64,000 nucleotides of DNA from Macrostomum hystrix (lineage: Eukaryota > Animalia > Platyhelminthes), in NCBI GenBank assembly GCA_950097015.1, contig CATNEN010000011.1, forward strand, positions 3,162,001-3,226,000. The letters are read 5' to 3'. Positions 31,501 through 43,507 of the stretch are shown one piece after another. Below the pieces are notes generated by a model. It had not been told where the DNA came from, made no database searches, and saw only the letters and a program-made list of their open reading frames with translations. Positions within the stretch are counted from its first letter, which is position 1, and each line of letters opens with the position of its first letter. The translations under genes and the position numbers were made by a program.

Positions 31501-31830
31501 TCAGTCTTTCGACCCGGTAAATAGGATCCTCACAGGCGAACTGGAAAGTACAATTACATGCTGAAAATGCGAATTTGTGTTGGCCTCGCCGCAGCACTGG
31601 GCATTTTTCCAGACGGAACTCAAGCTGAAGTGTCCTATGAGCTCTCCACATCTGTTGAGAAGCATCATTGAGCCATCCCTTTTTGGGGCGGCTATGATTC
31701 CTGAGCCCAATGTGCTCAAAGCTATCAAACTATTGCCTATCGACCACAGCTACCGGAATCTATTTGAATAGAGATCTAAGCGATGCACGGCACTGGGTGT
31801 AGAAACCAGAAGACTTCTTCGACTTTCCAC
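31501..31830 (-). pseudogene. 3' fragment of a zinc-finger/coiled-coil/propeller cluster paralog
   Basis: Homologous to the 3' end of 32635-34170; in-frame TAG at 31750-31752; truncated at 31830, where the duplicated block starts. Confidence 0.8.
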
Positions 31831-32634
31831 AGGAGAGACAAGAGACCAGTAGACAGTTGAGACACGGGAGATTCTCACTTTACTACCCAAAGTTAAGCAG
31901 CCTACTGTGCTAGGCCTACAAGTAGGCTAGGGCCAGACTTAGGAGCATCAAAGGCCGCACCTGGCCGAGGGGCCACATTTTACCGGTTCCTGAGCTAGAC
32001 AAATCACCAGCACGACTTGCTGGGAATCGTGAACAACTTACTATTCTGGATTAGAATTTGGGTTTAGTAACAACATTTTCATAATTAGGATTGTCCAACG
32101 GTCAAGCTTCGATCACTGGTGTGCTTAATGCTAAATTTTAAAGTGGTAATATGAAGAGCAAAGCATTAGTCAAAAAGAGCTTAGTACTAAAAACAGGAAT
32201 AAATATTGACGAAAAGTTGTGTGGTCAGCGAAAACCATTGTTAGCATTCAGTACTGAGACTGGGCACCGACACCTTAAAAACGGTGCACTATCATTGAAA
32301 GAAAGCATATTTGCAGAAATAGTTTCCAATTGTGCAAATCACATCGCCTAAAAATAATCAGAGCTTAAAAAATTGGCATTCGGACATTTTAAACAACGTG
32401 CCTATTTTGCCCAAAAGAAGAGAAATAAAGAACGCCGCACATATTAGACCAAAAGCTAGGATAAAGTATGCGCCAAAAAATCTGTAGTCATCTAAAATAC
32501 ATTAATTTGAACGTAGTAATAGTAAGCATAAAGAGTTATTTAAAAAGAAAAAAATCTATAAGCGTTTCTTTAAGTGGCTTTTTGTGGTGTCACACCAACA
32601 ATTACAAAGCTCGCCAACTCTTGCCTTCTACAGT

Positions 32635-34170
32635 TTATTGTATTAGAGCCGCAAGGAAGAGAATAACTTTATAACAGCACTTCCTCGACGCGGAAAATAG
32701 GATCCTCACAGGCGAACAGGAAAGTACAATTACTTGCTGGAAATACAAATTTTTGTTGTCCTTGCCGCAGCACTGGGCATTTTTCCAGACGGTACTCAAG
32801 CTGAACTGTCCTATGAGCTCTCCACATGTGTTGAGAAGCATCATTGAACCATCGCTTATTGAGGCGGCTATGATGCCTGAGTCCAATTTGTTCAAAGCTA
32901 TCAAATTATTGTCCAACGACCACAGCTGCGAGCAACTTCTTGAATAGAGGTCTAAGCGATGCACGGCACTGGGTGTAGAAACCACAATACTTCTTCGACT
33001 TTCCACAATCAGACTATTGGCACCGTTGACGCCAGTCAGGGTGATGCTATCCTGCAGCTCGAGACTTTTCAGTGACAAAATGACCACTTGACTTTGGTCG
33101 AGAATATACAGCTTCTCCATATCGTGCGTCATCCTTGAGGGTCTTCTAATCTGCAGCTTGTCCATTGTCTGTAGAACGGTGCCAGCCAAGTCGGTCACAG
33201 TCAAAACCAAATTGCTTCCAAGCATGAACAGCTGCTGCAGGTGACTGACGCATAAGCCCGAAACCAGCTGATTAACATTTCCTGGAATTGGACAGGAGCT
33301 CAGTGTGGCGAGAGTGGATTCATTGTAGAAGCTGAAGGTCGAGCTTGCGCCATATGCGCTGAAAATCACAATGCACTTCTCTGGTAGCGGCTGCATTCCA
33401 GTAGACAGAACTTTTGAAACAGAACGCCCATCATAGAAGAATCCATCAGTTCGAGTGCAGAGACACGCAGACAGTAACACAGATTGTGGGTTCAATGAAA
33501 TGCTCGCCTTCATGACCGGAGTGGTTTTAATATGATTCGATACCCGCAGATCTGCGTCCTCCACTTTGGCAGTCAATTTGCTCACAGAATCCTGAAGCCT
33601 ACTCAGTGATTCGATTGCCCCGTCTGTGGCGTAGTTAATTTGGCTCGGCTGTATGGGAATTTCTTTATTCAACATCTGAAGCTCCATCCTGAGCCGCAGA
33701 CTGCTCACGAGATCGTTTGCGACCTCCGCTGCTTTGATATCAGCTGACAGGGTCTCAAAAATACTCAGAGATCTCAGGCTCTGCTCCACATCAGCGATCT
33801 TTGAGTCCAGTTGACCGAGCACCTTCTGTCTGCACTGCTGCACTCTCTCAAAAATGGCGTCAAACATGTCGGCTTCGTCAGCTCTTGCAGTGAGCAGCTC
33901 AAAATGAGCACCACTGGCATTCTTCTGCAGTTCAGTGACCTTGGCCAGTGGCGCGTCAGTCTCCTTCTTGACCGCGTCTAACCGCTGCTGGAACTGTTGC
34001 TCATCCAATTTCAGATGGTCGGAGCAGAGAAGACCGTCCCAGTAGAGACCGCGGCCAGAGGCACCTCTCTCACAATGGCGCAGGCTGCATTTCTCAGCCG
34101 ATTGCTGCTCTTTGTTCTCAATATTAATATTCTCTGAGGCCATGGCTGGAACGAGTAACGGCGTGTTCAT
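32635..34170 (-). CDS. Cluster paralog A: C-x4-C-x15-C-x2-H finger, coiled coil, predicted beta-propeller (TRIM-NHL-like without RING), 511 aa
   Basis: Intact single-exon ORF; clear homology to 38560-40050 and 43508-45031. Domain names are inferred from sequence pattern only. Confidence 0.75.
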   Translation of the reverse strand: MNTPLLVPAMASENINIENKEQQSAEKCSLRHCERGASGRGLYWDGLLCSDHLKLDEQQFQQRLDAVKKETDAPLAKVTELQKNASGAHFELLTARADEADMFDAIFERVQQCRQKVLGQLDSKIADVEQSLRSLSIFETLSADIKAAEVANDLVSSLRLRMELQMLNKEIPIQPSQINYATDGAIESLSRLQDSVSKLTAKVEDADLRVSNHIKTTPVMKASISLNPQSVLLSACLCTRTDGFFYDGRSVSKVLSTGMQPLPEKCIVIFSAYGASSTFSFYNESTLATLSSCPIPGNVNQLVSGLCVSHLQQLFMLGSNLVLTVTDLAGTVLQTMDKLQIRRPSRMTHDMEKLYILDQSQVVILSLKSLELQDSITLTGVNGANSLIVESRRSIVVSTPSAVHRLDLYSRSCSQLWSLDNNLIALNKLDSGIIAASISDGSMMLLNTCGELIGQFSLSTVWKNAQCCGKDNKNLYFQQVIVLSCSPVRILFSASRKCCYKVILFLAALIQ

Positions 34171-35838
34171 TATTTTTAGTAACGAAGAGTGAATTAAGAA
34201 AACTGAACCAGATTGACCTGACTAATAATAAATTTACAAAGTTGAATTAACATAATTACTACATAACATAATTACTAATTAACATAAATACTACAGCGGT
34301 CAAAACAGTGATAAAAATTGGTGTGCTTAATTGTAAAGTTAACAAACTACAAAACGAAACAATTATCTAATAAGAAAGCTTTAATAACTATTCTATTAAA
34401 GAAAATAAAACGTGTATTTAAACAGCTGTCAAACGTTAACTACTTTGTGATTGTTGACACAAACTACAATAGGCAGAAGAGAAACTAAAAAACGGTTTAT
34501 CCTCCATCAAATTCGAAGCACCTACATGGAATTTTCCTAAACTAAATAACTAAACTAAATAAAGCTTGTTAAAGTTCTGGTTTCTTGAGGCTAGCAACGG
34601 GTTTTAGCCTTGTCTAGCAATAGGATACATTAGCGTTAAGTTGCAGCAGCGGTGACTTTTTGCGCTTTGTAACTCGTAGCCAACTTCAGTGATTCGCGGT
34701 TCAGTTTGTCAATTTGTGGATTATAATTTTCTCATCAAATGAGAATACGTGCAAGAACTCTGTGGACACAGGCTAAGTTGAAAAGCAGGACCACTGAGCT
34801 TGCAGTCTCCACTGATACGCTAGAACTCAAAACTCAAAGCTCAGACAGTAACACAGTTTGTGGGTTCCACGAACTGCTCGCCTTCATGACCGGAGTGGTT
34901 TTAATATGATTTGATACCCGCAGATCTGCGTCCTCCACTTCGGCAGTCAATTTGCTCACAGAATCATGAAGCCTACTCAGCGATTCGATTGTCCCGTCTC
35001 CCTCACAGATGTGAGAGAGAGGAGAGATGATACAGGAGAGACAAGAGACCAGTAGACAGCTGAGACACGGGAGATTCTCACTTTACTACCCAAAGTTAAG
35101 CAGCCCTACTGTGCTAGGCCTACAAGTAGGCTAGGGCCAGACTTAGGAGCATCAAAGGCCGCACCTGGCCGAGGGGCCACATTTTACCGGCTCCTGAGCT
35201 AGACAAATCACCAGCACGACTTGCTGGGGATCGTGAACAACTTACTATTCTGGATTAGAATTTGGGTTTAGTAACAACATTTTCATAATTAGGATTGTCC
35301 AACGGTCAAGCTTCGATCACTGGTGTGCTTAATGCTAAATTTTAAAGTGGTAATATGAAGAGCAAAGCATTAGTCAAAAAGAGCTTAGTACTAAAAACAG
35401 GAATAAATATTGACGAAAAGTTGTGTGGTCAGCGAAAACCATTGTTAGCATTCAGTACTGAGACTGGGCACCGACACCTTAAAAACGGTGCACTATCATT
35501 GAAAGAAAGCATATTTGCAGAAATCGTTTCCAATTGTGCAAATCACATCGCCTAAAAATAATCAGAGCTTAAAAAATTGGCATTCGGACATTTTAAACAA
35601 CGTGCCTATTTTGCCCAAAAGAAGAGAAATAAAGAACGCCGCACATATTAGACCAAAAGCTAGGATAAAGTATGCGCCAAAAAATCTGTAGTCATCTAAA
35701 ATACATTAATTTGAACGTAGTAATAGTAAGCATAAAGAGTTATTTAAAAAGAAAAAAATCTATAAGCGTTTCTTTAAGTGGCTTTTTGTGGTGTCACACC
35801 AACAATTACAAAGCTCGCCAACTCTTGCCTTCTACAGT

Positions 35839-37448
35839 TTATTGTATTAGAGCCGCAAGGAAGAGAATAACTTTATAACAGCAGTCCCTCGACCCGGTAA
35901 ATAGGATCCTCACAGGCGAACAGGAAAGTACAATTACTTGCTGGAAATACAAATTTTTGTTGGCCTTGCCGCAGCACTGGGCATTTTTCCAGACGGTACT
36001 CAAGCTGAACTGTCCTATGAGCTCTCCACATGTGTTGAGAAGCATCATAGAGCCATCGCTTATTGAGGCGGCTATGATGCCTGAGTCCAATTTGTTCAAA
36101 GCTATCAAATTATTGTCCAACGACCACAGCTGCGAGCAACTTCTTGAATAGAGGTCTAAGCGATGCACGGCACTGGGTGTAGAAACCACAATACTTCTTC
36201 GACTTTCCACAATCAGACTATTGGCACCATTCACGCCAGTCAGGGTAATGCTATCCTGCAGCTCGAGACTTTTCAGTGACAAAATGACCACTTGACTTTG
36301 GTCGAGAATATACAGCTTCTCCATATCGTGCGTCATCCTTGAGGGTCTTCTAATCTGCAGCTTGTCCATTGTCTGTAGAACGGTGCCAGCCAAGTCGGTC
36401 ACAGTCAAAACCAAATTGCTTTTAAGCATGAACAGCTGCTGCAGGTGACTGACGCATAAGCCCGAAACCAGCTGATTAACATTACCTGGAATTGGACAGG
36501 ATTTGGCAGGTGACTGACAAATAAGCCAGTGGTTTGGACAGGATTTGGCCAGGTAATTTGAACATTACCTGGAATTGGACAGGAGCTCAGTGTGGCGAGA
36601 GTGGATTCATTGTAGAAGCTGAAGGTCAAGCTTACGCGATTTGAGCTGAAAATCACAATGCACTTCTCTGGTAGCGGCTGCATTCCAGTAGACAGAACTT
36701 TTGAAACAGAACGCCCATCATAGAAGAATCCATCAGTTCGAGTGCAGAGACACGCAGACAGTAACTCAGTTTCTGGGTTCAATGAAATGCTCGCCTTCAT
36801 GACCGGAGTGGTTTTAATATGATTCGATACCCGCAGATCTGCGTCCTCCACTTCGGCAGTCAATTTGCTCACAGAATCATGAAGCCTACTCAGCGATTCG
36901 ATTGTCCAATCGTTAATTGGTCTGGGCGGTATGGGAATTTCTTTATTCAACATCTGAAACTCAATCCTCAGCCGCAGACTGCTCACGAGATTGTTTGCGA
37001 CCTCCGCTGCTTTGATATCAGCTGACAGGGTCTCAAAAATACTCAGAGATCTCAGGCTCTGCTCCACATCAGCGATCTTTGAGTCCAGTTGACCGAGCAA
37101 CTTCTCTCTGCACTGCTGCACTCTCTCAACAATGGCGTCAAACATGTCGGCTGCGTCAGCTCTTGCAGTGAGCAGCTCAAAATGAGCACCACTGGCATTC
37201 TTCTGCAGTTCAGTGACCTTGGCCAGTGGCGCGTCAGTCTCCTTCTTGACCGCGTCTAACCGCTGCTGGAACTGCTGCTCGTCCACTTTCAGATGGTCGT
37301 AGCAGAGAAGACCGTCCAAGTAGAGACCGCGGCCAGAGGCAACTGTCTCACAATGGCGCAGGCTGCATTTCTCAGCTGATTGCTGCTCTTTGTTCTCAAT
37401 ATTAATATTCTCTGAGGCCATGGCTGGAACGAGTAACGGCGTGTTCAT
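35839..37448 (-). CDS. Cluster paralog B, near-identical to A; interrupted by an 83-nt insertion (36486-36568) that is either a frameshift or a new intron; 508 aa if spliced
   Basis: ORFs 36405-37448 and 35839-36429 are the two halves. Removing 36486-36568 restores PGNVNQLVSGLCVSHLQQLFML as in paralog A. Confidence 0.65.
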
Positions 37449-38559
37449 TATTTTTAGTAACGAAGAGTGAATTAAGAAAACTGAACCAGATTGACCTGAC
37501 TAATAATAAATTTACAAAGTTTAATTAACATAATTAAGTTACTACAGCGGTCAAAACAGTGATAAAAATTGGTGTGCTTAATTGTAAAGTTAACACTGAT
37601 ATTGCGTTGATAAAATTAGCAAACTACAAAACGAAACAATTATCTAATAAGAAAGCTTTAATAACTATTCGTTTAAAGAAAATAAAACGTGTATTTAAAC
37701 AGCTGTCAAACGTTAACTACTTTGTGATTGTTGACACAAACTACAATAGGCAGAAGAGAAACTAAAAAACGGTTTATCCTCCATCAAATTCGAAGCACCT
37801 ACATGGAATTTTCCATTGACAATACTTTGCTGCGCCTGAGCGGAACAAAGCATGAGATAAAAAACTAGGTACCGAAAAAAACTGGAATAAATAAATTTGT
37901 GCAAAAAGTTGAGTGGTCAGCAAAAATCATGGCAGACAATCACTACTGATATTGGGCACCGGCCCCTTTAAAAATGTGTACGGGCAGTATATTGGTAAAA
38001 CAATAAACTTAGACTGACAAAAACTCATTTCAATGAAAAATGTGAAAAAAGTACAGCAAAGACAGCACCAAATTATGAGCAAAGCGACGTAGAGATTCAA
38101 ATAAACAAAGCAGAAATTGACAGCAGCTACAATAAAACAACTGATTTTTATCAAAAATGTGATTTGATATAAACTCGAAAATCTGGAAATATGTCAGCAC
38201 AGCCTAAATAGATTTTCAAAAATAGATGTCACAAGAAACAGTAGAATAATCCAATGAATTCGCTCTCAATAAAGCACTAAAAACAAAGGACAGCAATAAT
38301 AAAGCTGGAAAGCTAACAAACTACAAGGACAGCTTGGTGTTACACGTGTCAATTGTTAAATACTTGTAATTCAATTCCTAATAAAACAAACTAAATAAAG
38401 CTTGTTAAAGTTCTGGTTTCTTGAGGCTAGCAACGGGTCTAGCAATAGGATACATTAGCGTTAAGTTGCAGCAGCGGTGACTTTTTGCGCTTTGTAACTC
38501 GTAGCCAACTTCAGTGATTCGCGGTTCAGTTTGTCAATTTGTGGATTATAATTTTCTCA

Positions 38560-40050
38560 TCAAATGAGAATACGTGCAAGAACTCTGTGGACACAGGCTA
38601 AGTTGAAAAGCAGGACCACTGAGCTTGCAGTCTCCACTGATACGCTAGAACTCAAAACGGACTGAGCCACAGTGGTGGTGCCACAGATCGGACACCAATT
38701 AACGTAATTTAGGCCTAGCTTTACTAAATCAATGTCTTTAGCTTTTTGCCCGTTGCTGCTTAGAATTGCGCCATTTCCTGAGGCTTCACAGACGACCGAA
38801 AATCCAAAGCCGATAGCTGCAGCACACAGATTAGCGCTGTCGCTTAGCTTCAGTGGTCTCTTTGTGCTCAGACTCATCCGATATACGGCTGACGGCGTAG
38901 CGATAAGCAAGCTGCGACCTGACAGTGTCACATCACGGGCATCTTTCATTTCGTCAGGCAGTTTAATACTTTCCTGCAGCTCCAGATTCTCAATAGACAG
39001 GCAGTTGACGATGCCATCAGTGAGAATGTACAGCTTAGAACAGTCATTAGTCAGGCTCGGCGACGCTCCAAACTGTACATTCTCTACAGTTCGCAACTGA
39101 GTGCCCGTGAGATCAGTCACAGTCACGGATTGGTTGTTACCAAGCAGGAATAACTGCTGCAGATGATTGACAAGTTGAGCGGACACCAGTACGACTCCAT
39201 TGTTCGGCACATTCCACTGGCTGAGAATGGCCATTTCCAGGCTGCAGATGACAAAATACCAGTTTTGCGAATTATTCGCAACAGAAATAGTGCACACACA
39301 AGGGAAAGCTTGAAATCCGTTTTCATGTGTCCTGGACACAGCTTGGGCGGCGTAGTAGTAGCCCTCAGTTTTGTTGCACACAGCCAAACAGACATAACCT
39401 ACATTTATCAGATTGACGGTCTTCACAGCGGCAACACAGGATTCTAGCCTACTAATGACGAATTGTACTTCAGAATCTTCAGCTTCAGTGCCCAGGGTTT
39501 CCACAGCCGTCTGCAGTCTAGAAACCAGAAGCACGCTGCTGTCAACTGGATCAATCCAATTGTCAGTGACTGGAGCATCCTCCAGCGAGATCTGCACCTC
39601 CTGATGCAACCGGAATCCTTGTCGCAGATCGTCATCGGCTTCGGCCCGGTTTATTTCGAGGCTAAGCTTCTCAATAAAACCGAGAGATCTCAGGTTCTGC
39701 TCCACTTCCGATATCTTTGAGTCCAGTCTACCGACCACCTTTTCTCTGCATTGCTGCACTCTTTCTAAAATTTCATCGAACAGGTCGGAAACATCGGCCC
39801 GGTCGCTTGTCAGCTCAAACAGAGCACTTCTGTTGGTGGCAATCAGCTCGCTGATTTTTGACAATGGAATGGCATTCTTTTCTTTTATGTCAGCGTATCT
39901 TTCATTAAATATGCACTCATCCTTCGCCAGGTGACGCTCACAGAGCGGGCCATTCCAGAATTTGCCTTGGCCAGACGACACCTCGGGGCAGTGGGACATG
40001 CTGCAGCATTTCTTAGCCCCAAGATTATCGTCACTACCTTTAGTTGACAT
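38560..40050 (-). CDS. Cluster paralog C, 496 aa
   Basis: Intact ORF; shares CSxxxC..G.G..W.GPLC..HL..D, LFELTSDRA, RLDSKI, LVNHLQQLFLLGNN with A and D. Confidence 0.78.
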   Translation of the reverse strand: MSTKGSDDNLGAKKCCSMSHCPEVSSGQGKFWNGPLCERHLAKDECIFNERYADIKEKNAIPLSKISELIATNRSALFELTSDRADVSDLFDEILERVQQCREKVVGRLDSKISEVEQNLRSLGFIEKLSLEINRAEADDDLRQGFRLHQEVQISLEDAPVTDNWIDPVDSSVLLVSRLQTAVETLGTEAEDSEVQFVISRLESCVAAVKTVNLINVGYVCLAVCNKTEGYYYAAQAVSRTHENGFQAFPCVCTISVANNSQNWYFVICSLEMAILSQWNVPNNGVVLVSAQLVNHLQQLFLLGNNQSVTVTDLTGTQLRTVENVQFGASPSLTNDCSKLYILTDGIVNCLSIENLELQESIKLPDEMKDARDVTLSGRSLLIATPSAVYRMSLSTKRPLKLSDSANLCAAAIGFGFSVVCEASGNGAILSSNGQKAKDIDLVKLGLNYVNWCPICGTTTVAQSVLSSSVSVETASSVVLLFNLACVHRVLARILI

Positions 40051-40316
40051 TGCTGAAAAAGTACGTAAGAAATCAAACTTTATGTAAAAGAAATGCCGCT
40101 TTTGAATACGTTAATAGTAATAATAATATTTATCCTGATAATATAATAATATCCTGAGAACACACAAACTCGGATACCATGCGCAGGCATACGCTCACAC
40201 TACATCTGCCCGACTTTCTAACTGTCAGACAGTGTACACTCTCACTGTGCCTTGGAGTTTGGCACTCAAGGGCTTAAATTGCACAAGCCCAAAGCCTTCT
40301 CCCCACGGTAGCAACA

Positions 40317-42372
40317 TATAGCGCTTCAAGTTTTATGTCTCTTCTTCTTCACTTGTAGTTTCCTATAGTTTGTCTAGCGGTTTATTGCAGTCTAAAAGTC
40401 TTGAAGGCTATAACTCCTAACGACTATCGATACTCCGTATACCGGCTGGTCGTATTGATCTCTTTAGATCGTTATCGCTGATTCTACTTAAGAAAGAACG
40501 CAAACACAATGATTTTCTAGTTTATCAAAACGGAGCTCAAAGCGAGTCTCTAACTAACTGGAGCGGCGAATCTTTTTCCGCGCTCCGCACCGATATATAT
40601 AGTGTTTTTAAAACCCCTCGATCCGAGGGGGAGATAATACCATAGCAACAGTACGCATGGGCATTTGGGGTGAGTGAGGTCGCAGCCTCGAGTCTAGTAC
40701 AGTTATTGTCATTAAACTAGTTGGTTGGCAGGCACGCCAACCCCTTTTCTTTCATCGATCCCGCCTTCTTGTGCGGACTCGGCCTCCTCTCGATCTCGTT
40801 CCCGATCGGGTCCGGGCGGCTCCAGTTTCTGCTGGGTTGGGTCGATGCAGGCAGCTGCAGGTCGGGGTAGGCCGGGTTGATTCCGGGAGCTCCACGTCAG
40901 CACAGCTGCGTTCCGGTCTCGGGCCATTCCACGTCAGCACAGCTGCGGATCCGGTCTCCGGCAGCTCCACGTCAGCGCCTCTGCGGATCCGGTCTCGGCC
41001 AGCTCCACGTCGGCACAGCTGCTGTCATGCCGAACCGGGCCTGCGCTGAAATGAATAGTTGATCTCTGGGGGCGGATTTTGTCTAATCATTCTCCTTTCG
41101 GTTGCTCGCACTTTCTGCTGTTGCTATTTTTAGTTTTAGTTACCAACTAACGCTCACTTAAATTCCATTCAGATTTCTAAGTCTTATATCATCCCCCTTT
41201 TGAAGAAATCCTTGACTGGTCAAGGGAGATGTAGCCTATTGTCTTAATCGAGCTGCTAATCGGCTTACTACTAGTAGATCTGTGAACATATAAGACGTTT
41301 GAAATCTGATACTTGATGAAAACGAAATCAATAAATGTATTTGACCTGCACCGTAGATAAATATAGTTTTACTTATAAATTATAGAAGTGCGGGTAGTAA
41401 CCATCCAGTAGTGGCACCTGGTATTTGTCCCGGTAATGACGCCGGAAACAATCAATGGTGGGCCACTGCCTGGTGGTGGGCTCGGGCCGATACGTGGTCT
41501 CTGGTGGCCACGTGCCTTGCACTTGTCTTGCGGGGTAAAAATCCTCTAGGTAGCATTCTCTCAGGTCGGTTGTCGACGTGGCGATCGTCAGGCCGCCATC
41601 AATCTCCTCCTCGGCCACCTGAGTGCTCGCGTCGGCCTTCAGGACCGGCCGCCCCCGGATGTCCACGTCAACAAACTTCTGGCCGGGGCGGCGGTCGTAG
41701 TCTCGGTTGGCCATCGCGCTGGAAAGGTTGTCCAATATAGGTGGCTTTCCTAGGCGTTTTTCTTTTATTCCTTAGGTTATTCTCCAGGTCTTCCTCGAAT
41801 TGCTGAACTGTCTACTGTTAGTGAGTCTGTGAATATATAAAACGGTGAAATCTGAGATTGATCCCGTTATTTAATCCCTACTGGATATGATATATTAGAG
41901 TAATTAATAAATATGGCCAGTTAGTTTTTTATCGTTATTTAAGCGTCCTGTATGCTGCGCCAGGCTTCAACTTGATATTGGAGTCGGTTGCGCCACCAGG
42001 CCAGTCGCCCCGACGCCCAAGCCTTGGCTTGGCGAGCGGCGCTACGGATGACGCATTTCATCCAATAGCCCCGACGCCTTGTGGCCGATGGTGTGTCGTC
42101 GGGCCAACTTTCCTCCACGAACCTCTCCAGCTCCGTCAGCTCCGGCAGCTCCACGTCAGCGCCTCTGCGGATCCGGTCTCGGCCAGCTCCACGTCGGCAC
42201 AGCTGCTGTCATGCCGAACCGGGCCTGCGCTGAAATGAATAGTTGATCTCTGGGGGCGGATTTTGTCTAATCATTCTCCTTTCGGTTGCTCGCACTTTCT
42301 GCTGTTGCTATTTTTAGTTTTAGTTACCAACTAACGCTCACTTAAATTCCATTCAGATTTCTAAGTCTTATA
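40317..42372 (-). mobile_element. Internally deleted LTR retrotransposon derivative: full 3' LTR 40317-41188, truncated 5' LTR about 42139-42372, no gag/pol
   Basis: Direct repeat about 40956-41188 vs 42139-42372; polypurine tract AAAAGGGGGATGA (minus strand) next to 41188; 5-bp TSD CAACA (40312-40316, 42373-42377); removal restores a SINE. Confidence 0.85.
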
Positions 42373-43507
42373 CAACACAAATGAATGTGGCCTCGCCGCG
42401 GAATCGAGCTTAGGGAGAGGCAAACGCGTTAACCGCTCTGCCATGGCCTTTTGAATACGTTAGGCTTTTGCTTTTCCTATTGTATGAAAACTTTTTAGCT
42501 AGATGCTAAAAATATATAGAATTCAATTATGGCTGTAAGTACCTCAGAAATTACCTGTGATAGGCACTCAAAATCTAGTATTGAGTAGTATACTGTTATG
42601 AGCACAGAGCAGTATATTTTAATACAGATTCAATTTTGGCGTCTGTACGATAGAATACGCAGTAATAGCGTGCAATAAATGACTCAGGGTTGCTAATTGC
42701 CTACAAAAATAAAAATTACACGAATTTTTTCGTCAAATGCACGCTTTTTGACATTGCAATTGTTTTAAATCAATCAATGTTAAAAATCAATATCCAATTT
42801 TCGAATACCAAAAATTAGCAATTAGCAAATGAGCTTAAAGATCATCTAACAAAAACTTCCCTTTTTCTAAACTGTGCCGTGATTTCGACACTAGATTAAG
42901 AGCAGTCATCTCAGCGTACGAAAAATGTTACAAATTACAATACAATGCTGACTGGCGGGGTATGGTACTGTTTTTGTTTATCGCTGCCTCGACTGTTCTC
43001 ATAGTCCACCACTTCTAAAATTAGCCATAAGATTTCTAACAAAGCGAGATTTAACAAACTTGATTAAAAATTAAGCTAACAAAAATGCAAATAGAGTTTA
43101 GTTTACTAATAAATGGTACATTTGGGAGGAGATCATTAAATTATTTAACTGAATCTCAAGCATTGGTTCAAAAAATCCTATGAAATACTTTAGTTTGCAA
43201 CGAAAAACTAAAATGCGAACTGAGGAACCATTTTTGTTTTTTTGCAACATTCATCAAGCTGTTAACAGCTGCTGTGCCAAAATAGCGAAGTGATATGGAT
43301 AACTTATAGAATATAAATACAGCATAATCGTAAATGATACGATTAAAACTTACGACTAAATCAGCGCTGTCAGAGTTGAGTAAATAGATTAGCTAGGTTT
43401 GACATTAAAACTAAAATTAAGTTTTCTTGATGAATTTCCTTAAAAAAGTTAGTTCAACATTCAGGAATCCAGCAAACGAAGTCCATTTAAGATAACAATT
43501 TAGAAAC

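Larger units (their letters stand above)
31831..37810. repeat. Recent tandem segmental duplication: about 31831-34530 repeated at about 35035-37810 (offset 3204 bp at the left end)
   Basis: Identical non-coding ORFs 32151/35355 and 32468/35672, and gene ends 32635/35839, all offset by 3204. Confidence 0.95.

Noticed and set aside
32151-35878. Perfectly conserved small ORF pairs (32151/35355, 32468/35672)
   Set aside because: Their identity reflects the recent segmental duplication, not coding constraint; composition is AT-rich intergenic.
41939-42154. 71-aa ORF MELPELTELERF inside the LTR element
   Set aside because: Its GTG start lies in LTR sequence at the deletion junction, so the ORF as called is probably a fusion by-product; part may derive from a lost internal gene.
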